DNA from: Myxococcales bacterium
Lineage (GTDB): Bacteria; Myxococcota; Myxococcia; Myxococcales; Anaeromyxobacteraceae
Direction of reading: 5' to 3'
Assembly (NCBI GenBank): GCA_038320275.1
Contig: JBBQEB010000009.1
Coordinates: forward strand, 1-46,609
DNA: 46,609 bases
The notes under the pieces are model-generated. The model was not told the origin of the DNA, did no database searches, and was given only the letters and a program-made list of their open reading frames with translations. Below, piece by piece: positions 41,543-46,609 of this stretch. How positions within the stretch are numbered: position 1 is the first letter of the stretch; every line of letters starts with the position of its first letter. Made by a program: the position numbers and the translations under genes.

Positions 41543-42580
41543 TCACGCCAGCCGGCTGCGCGCCGTCGCGAGGGCCTCGTGCACCTGCTCCAGCGCCTTG
41601 CGCGCCTCGCCCAGCTCGTCCCGCTCGCGGCGGGCCTTGGCCGCCTCGCGCGCGAGGTCGTCCCGCTCGTGCGTCACCTGCGCCAGCGCCGAGCGCAGGC
41701 GAGCCGCGTCGGCGGCGCGCTCGTCGAGCTCCTCCCCCAGCCTCGCCAGCTCGGAGTCCGCTTCCGCGCGCGCCTTCTCTGCCGCCTCGGCCCGCGCTGA
41801 CAGGCTGTCGAGCAGCGCCTGGCGCTCCTCGTCCAGCGCGGTGAGCGCCTGGGCTCGGGCGACCGCACCGTCGCGCTCTTCCTCCAGGGCCGTCATCTCG
41901 GCGAGCATGTCGGCGAGGACCGCGCGCTTCTCCTCGACCTGCGCCTCGACCGCCGCGAGCCGCTCCGCACCTCGGCGGCCCTCGGCCGCTCCCCGCGTCA
42001 GCTCGGTCCGCGCCGCGTCGAGATCGGCGCGCAGCGCCTCCTCTACCCCGCGCGAGCGCTGGAGCTGACCCTCCAGCTCGCGCACCAGGGTGAGCGCGCT
42101 CTCGCCCGCCCGGGCCGGGCTCTCCGGCAGGGCCGGCATGGACGGCGCGGGACGCGCGGCCGCGGCGACGCGGCGCTTCACGCTCTCCAGGCGCTCGCGG
42201 CGGGCCTGCACGTCGCTCGCCTCGGCGGGGCTCTCCGCGGCCGGTGACGCGCTCGCGGCGCGCGGCGCGGCGCCCTCACCCGTGCCGAGACCCTCGTGCC
42301 GCGCCTCCGGCGCCAAGGCCGTCGCGCGCGGGAACAAAGGCGGCGGCACGTCGGCGGGCTCCAGGGAGCTCTCCGACACGTCCTCGAATGGGCGAGCCGT
42401 GGCCCCGTCGGAACCACCGGCGGCGAACGGCTCGGCACCGGCGTCGCGCAGCACCTCGGGCGGCGGCTCCGCCTCCAGCACGGTCACGCTCGCCTCCCCC
42501 TCGGACCCTTCCAGCGCGCTCGCTGCGCTCCGCAGCCTGGGCCGGAGCTTGGGGACGTTCGCGTCGAAGGCCTTTCTCAT
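41543..42580 (-). CDS. pomX: PomX-like protein (ATPase-activating N-terminal peptide, low-complexity linker, C-terminal coiled coil)
   Basis: N-terminus MRKAFDANVPKLRPRLR resembles M. xanthus PomX as recalled (MKKAFEQNVSRAKPRLR); long coiled coil; directly downstream of pomZ. Confidence 0.85.
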   Translation of the reverse strand: MRKAFDANVPKLRPRLRSAASALEGSEGEASVTVLEAEPPPEVLRDAGAEPFAAGGSDGATARPFEDVSESSLEPADVPPPLFPRATALAPEARHEGLGTGEGAAPRAASASPAAESPAEASDVQARRERLESVKRRVAAAARPAPSMPALPESPARAGESALTLVRELEGQLQRSRGVEEALRADLDAARTELTRGAAEGRRGAERLAAVEAQVEEKRAVLADMLAEMTALEEERDGAVARAQALTALDEERQALLDSLSARAEAAEKARAEADSELARLGEELDERAADAARLRSALAQVTHERDDLAREAAKARRERDELGEARKALEQVHEALATARSRLA

Positions 42581-42582
42581 TG

Positions 42583-43533
42583 TCACGCTCCCGCGGCGCC
42601 GGCTCGGGCGCCCGTGCTGTCGATCCGTGCCATCACCTCGTCCAGCATCGCCTCGAGGTCCACCGCCCCCTTCGACTCCGGGTCGAAGGCGAAGATGGGG
42701 CAGCCCTCGCTGGAAGCCTGGGCGAACTTGGTGCACTGGCGCACCACGCTGCGCAGCAGGTAGTCGGCGTAGTGGGCGCGCAGGGCCTCCAGCGCCTCGC
42801 GGGCGATCTTGAAGGTCTGGTTGTAGGCGTTCACCACGATGAGGATCTGCTCGAGCTGATGCGAGAGGTCGTCCTCCAGCCCCTGCACCGTCTCGAAGAG
42901 CAGTCGCAGCCCGTCGTAGGAGAGGAAGTCCGCCAGCACCGGGATGATGAGGTCGCGCGCGGCCATCAGCGCGTTGAGGTTGAGCAGCCCGAATGACGGC
43001 GGCGCGTCCATGACCACGTAGTCGTACTTGCCCTTCACGTCGTCGAGCGCCTTGCGTAGCCGGAACTCGCGGCCGGCGAGCGGCATGAGCGCGAGGTCGA
43101 TGGTGCTCATGGCGAGGTTCGCCGGCACGAGCGAGAGGCCTGGCATCCCGGTGGCGACGATCACCTCCGAGAGCGGCTTCTTGCGGATGAGCACGTCGTT
43201 CAGCGTGTGGGGGAAATCGGAGCCCTCCTTGCCCAGGCACTTCGTGGCGTGGCCCTGGCTGTCGAGGTCGACCATCAGCACGCGATGGCCGCGCTCCGCC
43301 AGCCGGTAGGCGTACGACGACGAGAGGCTCGTCTTTCCGGTACCGCCCTTGAAGTTGAGGAAGAGCTGCACGCGCATCGTGCGCGAGGGCGGCACGCGCC
43401 GCAGCGTGCGCCGCGCCTGTTCCAGATCCGCCGGGCCGTATGCGTGGCGCCTGCCCAGCGCCTCGGCGACCTGCCGCTGCGTTACGCCCAGGATGGTGGC
43501 GATCCGCCGCGGGCTGTAGCGGATGTTCTCCAT
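42583..43533 (-). CDS. pomZ: ParA/MinD-family ATPase PomZ
   Basis: QLFLNFKGGTGKTS deviant Walker A, DLDSQGHATKCLG, DAPPSFGLLNLNAL, RQCTKFAQASSEG; N-terminal HTH-like extension; alternative ATG at 43569. Confidence 0.92.
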   Translation of the reverse strand: MENIRYSPRRIATILGVTQRQVAEALGRRHAYGPADLEQARRTLRRVPPSRTMRVQLFLNFKGGTGKTSLSSSYAYRLAERGHRVLMVDLDSQGHATKCLGKEGSDFPHTLNDVLIRKKPLSEVIVATGMPGLSLVPANLAMSTIDLALMPLAGREFRLRKALDDVKGKYDYVVMDAPPSFGLLNLNALMAARDLIIPVLADFLSYDGLRLLFETVQGLEDDLSHQLEQILIVVNAYNQTFKIAREALEALRAHYADYLLRSVVRQCTKFAQASSEGCPIFAFDPESKGAVDLEAMLDEVMARIDSTGARAGAAGA

Positions 43534-43565
43534 GGGGTCGCCCGTCCCCGCCTCCGCGCGCGCCC

Positions 43566-45089
43566 TCATGTGCTGAAGAAGCGCGGGCCACGCGCGACGA
43601 GGCGGCCCTGGGAGACGAGGGCGTGCAGGGTGGCTTCCACGTCCGGGGGCGGGCGGGAGAGCGTCGCCGCGAGCTCGGCGGCGGTGCGTCCGCGAAGGGC
43701 TGCCCTGACCTCCAGCACCGCCGCGTCGGCGAGCGCGCCATCGACCGGAGGAGCGGGAGGGGGCGGGGGGGCTCCGCTCCCGGCAGCCCTGCCGTTGGCG
43801 GTCGCGCGGGCGTGGGGCGTCGCCTTCGAGAACGCCACGTGCGTGACCGCCTCGCGCAGCGCCGCTCCGCCGACGCCGAGGAGCTTCTCGGACATTCTCC
43901 TGGCGGTGCGGCGGCGGTCGGGCTCGGACGCGGCGAGGTCGATGGCCTCGCCCGACCAGCGGCCGACGGCGCGCGCGGCGGCCTGGCGGACCTCCGGGGC
44001 GCGGTGGTCGAGCGCGCGGGCGAGGGCTCCCTGGGCGCGGGCGCTGGGGCGGCCGGAGAGCGCGGCGGCGGCGGCGCGAGCCACTCCTGCGTCGCGATCG
44101 CCCAGCGCCGAGGCGAGCGCATCGTCCGCCCCGTCACCCTTGGTGAAGCCAAGCAGCACCACCGCGCGGCGCCGCACGAGGGAGCTCGGGTCGGCGAGCG
44201 CGGCGGCGAGCTGCGGCAGCGCCGCGTCGCGGGCGAGCGCGCTCACCGCCTCGAGCGCGGCCGCGCGGACCGGCGCTCTCTCGTCCTCGAGCTCGCGCAC
44301 TGCGAGCGGCGCGGCGCTCGGCTCGGCGAGCTGCGCCAGCGCGGCGAGGAGCGCCATCTTGACCTCCGCGTCTCCCTCCCGCCCGAGCGAGGCGGCGAGC
44401 AGCGGCGCGGCGGTCCTGGAGCCGAGGGCCCGCAGGCAGTCGGCCGCGCGGCGCCGCGCGGCGGGGTCGCGCGAGGCGAGATCATCGAGCGAGGCCTCGT
44501 AGAGCGCGCGCTCCGAGCGGGTGGAGAAGGCGGGCTTGAGCGCCCGCGCCTGCTCCTGCGACACGCCGAACCTACCGGCGGCCTCGAAGTGATCGGCCAT
44601 GGCGGGGAGCGGCGCCCGGGGAACAGGCGGCTGAGGCGGCGCAGCCGCTGGACCTTCCGGCCTGACGCCGGCGGCCTCGGCCGCGCGCTTCCAGGCTTGA
44701 AGGTTCACGATCTCGGCCCGCAGCTCGGCGATGAAGCCGGCCAGGTCGGACTCGTCCCCAGGCTCGGCCCGCTCGTCCGCGGGCGCTCCGGCGACGCGTG
44801 CGCGCTCCACCATGCCGGAGAGGAAGCGCTCGCGCTCCGCCTCCAGGAGCCGCACCCGATCGGCCACCTCGGTGTGATTCGAGCGCGCGACCGACCCCTC
44901 GCCGCGCGCCTTGGCGAGCGCCGTCTCGAGCTCGGTCTCGCGCCTGCGCGCTGCGCCGACCTCCTCGCGGCCGCGCGCGCAGGTCGCGCGCAGCGCCTCG
45001 GTCTCACTCTCGAGATTTGCGACCCTGCACTCGAAGAAGACGATCTTCTCGAGCGCGCTCCGGAGCAGCTCCTCGGGACTTCCGCTCAA
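43566..45089 (-). CDS. pomY: PomY-like protein (N-terminal coiled coil, HEAT repeats, short Pro-rich linker, C-terminal HTH-like tail)
   Basis: LLRSALEKIVFFECR and DLAGFIAELRAE resemble recalled M. xanthus PomY; HEAT repeats (LADPSSLVRRRAV); TTG start with GGAGG SD; synteny with pomZ-pomX. Confidence 0.85.
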   Translation of the reverse strand: MSGSPEELLRSALEKIVFFECRVANLESETEALRATCARGREEVGAARRRETELETALAKARGEGSVARSNHTEVADRVRLLEAERERFLSGMVERARVAGAPADERAEPGDESDLAGFIAELRAEIVNLQAWKRAAEAAGVRPEGPAAAPPQPPVPRAPLPAMADHFEAAGRFGVSQEQARALKPAFSTRSERALYEASLDDLASRDPAARRRAADCLRALGSRTAAPLLAASLGREGDAEVKMALLAALAQLAEPSAAPLAVRELEDERAPVRAAALEAVSALARDAALPQLAAALADPSSLVRRRAVVLLGFTKGDGADDALASALGDRDAGVARAAAAALSGRPSARAQGALARALDHRAPEVRQAAARAVGRWSGEAIDLAASEPDRRRTARRMSEKLLGVGGAALREAVTHVAFSKATPHARATANGRAAGSGAPPPPPAPPVDGALADAAVLEVRAALRGRTAAELAATLSRPPPDVEATLHALVSQGRLVARGPRFFST

Positions 45090-45185
45090 CCCGACCTCCA
45101 CGCCCTACCCTGTCCCACCCCTGGCCACCCGACCGCGCCCCCTGCAGATCGCCGAGAGATCTCACGACCTTGCATGGATATCGGC

Positions 45186-45214
45186 AGCATACGGAAGCGG
45201 TGCTGGGTTTGCAA
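45186..45214 (-). promoter_or_regulatory. sigma70-type promoter TTGCAA-N17-TATGCT for pomY-pomZ-pomX
   Basis: Near-consensus hexamers with optimal 17-nt spacer about 95 nt upstream of pomY. Confidence 0.7.
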
Positions 45215-45252
45215 ACTGCCCCGTGGGTACGCCGGCGCCCCCGCCGATCCAT

Positions 45253-46557
45253 TCACGCCGCTCGCGCGCCCGCCACCGACTCGAGCCCGTGACCGCGCCC
45301 GCCGCGCTCCGACCTCCAGAGCAGAAACGAGAAGGCGAATCCTGCCGATGCGAGCAGTGCCAGCATCCACATCACTGGCAGCCAGCCGGCGGGGTGCGCC
45401 GCGCTGGCACCCGCGACGTCCTTCACCTTGCCGAGGCCCCAGCTCATCGCGGCCCAGCCCACCTGCTGGCAGAAGGTCATGAGCGCGTACGCGGAGCCGA
45501 GGCGCGCCCCGGGGACGAGGTAGGTGACGGCCGGCCAGAGCACCGCCGGCACGAGCGCGAAGGCGAGCCCGAGGAGCGCCATGGAGAGGTAGAGCGGCAG
45601 CTGCGTGTACGCGAGGAGCAGGAAGGGCGGAACGAGCAGGGCCGAGCCGATGGCCATGAGCAGCGCCCGCTTGCCGATGCGGTCGGCGAGGAGGCCGAAG
45701 AGCGGCATGCCGATCATGGAGACCAGCGGGAGCACGCTCTTGAGGCTGCCGGCGCGGTCGGCGGAGACGCCGTGGAACTCGGTGAGGAACAGGTTCGCGA
45801 AGGTGCGGAAGGGAAAGATGGTGGCGTAGAAAGCGACGCAGAGCCCCACCACCCACCAGTACGCGCGGTCGAAGCGGACGAGGTCGCCGAGCACGAGCTT
45901 GTCGGTGGCGCCCGCCTGCGCCACGCCGTACACCCGCGCCGCGCGCAGCTCCAGCGCCGCGTACACCGCGGCGAAGAGGAGCCAGAGGCCACCCAGCGCC
46001 GCGGCGAGGAGGAGCGGCGGCTGCCAGGACCGGAAGAGGCTGTGGAGGTTCGGCGACCAGTCGGCGGCGTACGAGCCGAGGCGTGCCACCAGGAGCTGGA
46101 CCGCCAGCGCGAAGGAGATCTCCTTGCCCTTGAACCAGCGCCCGACGACGGTCGTTGCCGCGACGATGAAGCACTCCGAGCCGACGCCCAGCACGAAGCG
46201 GCCGGCCATCATCGCCGCCCAGGGATGGGAAGGGACGAGCGAGGGGCCGGTGGCGATGAGCGCGCTCCCCGCGGCGCCCACGAAGGCGAAGAGGAGCGCG
46301 GAGCGGGCCGTGCCGAGGCGATCGACGAGGATGCCGCCGCCCACCAAGGTGAGCAGCGCCGCCACGTTGTACGAGGTGTCGAGGAGCCCCACCTGCTCCC
46401 CGGTGAGGCCGAACGCCTTCTCCAGGAGCGGCGTCACCGGGTAGAGCGCGTCGAAGACGTAGTAGTTCCCGAACATCGCGAAGGCGCAGGAGAGGAGGAC
46501 GAGCCAGCGGTAGGCGCGGCCGGGGGAGGGCTTCGCGGAGGGAGCGGGGGGAGCCAT
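45253..46557 (-). CDS. MFS transporter (MFSD1-like)
   Basis: About 12 TM segments; FGNYYVFD, GGILVDRLG and GLLADRIGKR motif A, GRFVLGVGSE, RWFKGKEISFA. Confidence 0.92.
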   Translation of the reverse strand: MAPPAPSAKPSPGRAYRWLVLLSCAFAMFGNYYVFDALYPVTPLLEKAFGLTGEQVGLLDTSYNVAALLTLVGGGILVDRLGTARSALLFAFVGAAGSALIATGPSLVPSHPWAAMMAGRFVLGVGSECFIVAATTVVGRWFKGKEISFALAVQLLVARLGSYAADWSPNLHSLFRSWQPPLLLAAALGGLWLLFAAVYAALELRAARVYGVAQAGATDKLVLGDLVRFDRAYWWVVGLCVAFYATIFPFRTFANLFLTEFHGVSADRAGSLKSVLPLVSMIGMPLFGLLADRIGKRALLMAIGSALLVPPFLLLAYTQLPLYLSMALLGLAFALVPAVLWPAVTYLVPGARLGSAYALMTFCQQVGWAAMSWGLGKVKDVAGASAAHPAGWLPVMWMLALLASAGFAFSFLLWRSERGGRGHGLESVAGARAA

Positions 46558-46590
46558 TTGGAGGGGTGGGACGGTAGCACGAGCGTGCTG

Positions 46591-46609
46591 GGGTCGGGGT
46601 TGGGGGTCG
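46591..46609 (-). repeat. Start of another CGACC-core tract (C-rich on the minus strand), truncated by window end
   Basis: gggtcggggttgggggtcg = cgacccccaaccccgaccc on minus. Confidence 0.7.

Noticed and set aside
40032..41549. 8-bp inverted match (ggcgtgag / ctcacgcc) as terminal repeats of the insert
   Set aside because: Too short for this GC content, both copies fall in coding ends, and no target-site duplication or transposase is seen
42583..43533. ParA as evidence of a plasmid or prophage partition system
   Set aside because: No parB or replication genes; sequence and flanking genes fit chromosomal pomXYZ
41543..44152. 869 aa ORF as a single fused protein
   Set aside because: Its upstream part overlaps pomZ and pomY in other frames; the PomX-like sequence begins at ATG 42580

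Overview
High-GC myxobacterial (Anaeromyxobacter-like, inferred from gene content and protein similarity recalled from memory) chromosomal segment, mostly core genes. In order: the end of the dcw cluster (ddl-ftsQ-ftsA-ftsZ), an acid phosphatase, a CBS protein, small outer-membrane beta-barrels, mltD-cytochrome c-trmB-lipoprotein-alaS, dusB plus a ZIP transporter, glutamate-cysteine ligase, POT and chromate transporters, a GT-C-like membrane protein, a large S41 protease, a TPR-like protein, radC, a hybrid histidine kinase, yceI, a TlpA-like thioredoxin, dapC-dapD-dapE, sthA, an esterase, the pomY-pomZ-pomX division-site module and an MFS transporter. No rRNA, tRNA, CRISPR, integrase or transposase was recognised. 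The most interesting items are: (1) a ~1.5 kb lower-GC insert encoding an atypical HicAB-like pair, with a ~350 aa three-domain antitoxin and a HicA-like toxin carrying a one-base frameshift; (2) four degenerate CGACC-core repeat tracts, two of them at the window ends and one fused in frame to a gene that lacks its own stop; (3) a sigma54-type promoter directly in front of radC; (4) several apparently leaderless genes; (5) a PomY with a very short disordered region and a G-quadruplex motif next to its ribosome-binding site. All family assignments come from motif recognition by eye, not database searches.
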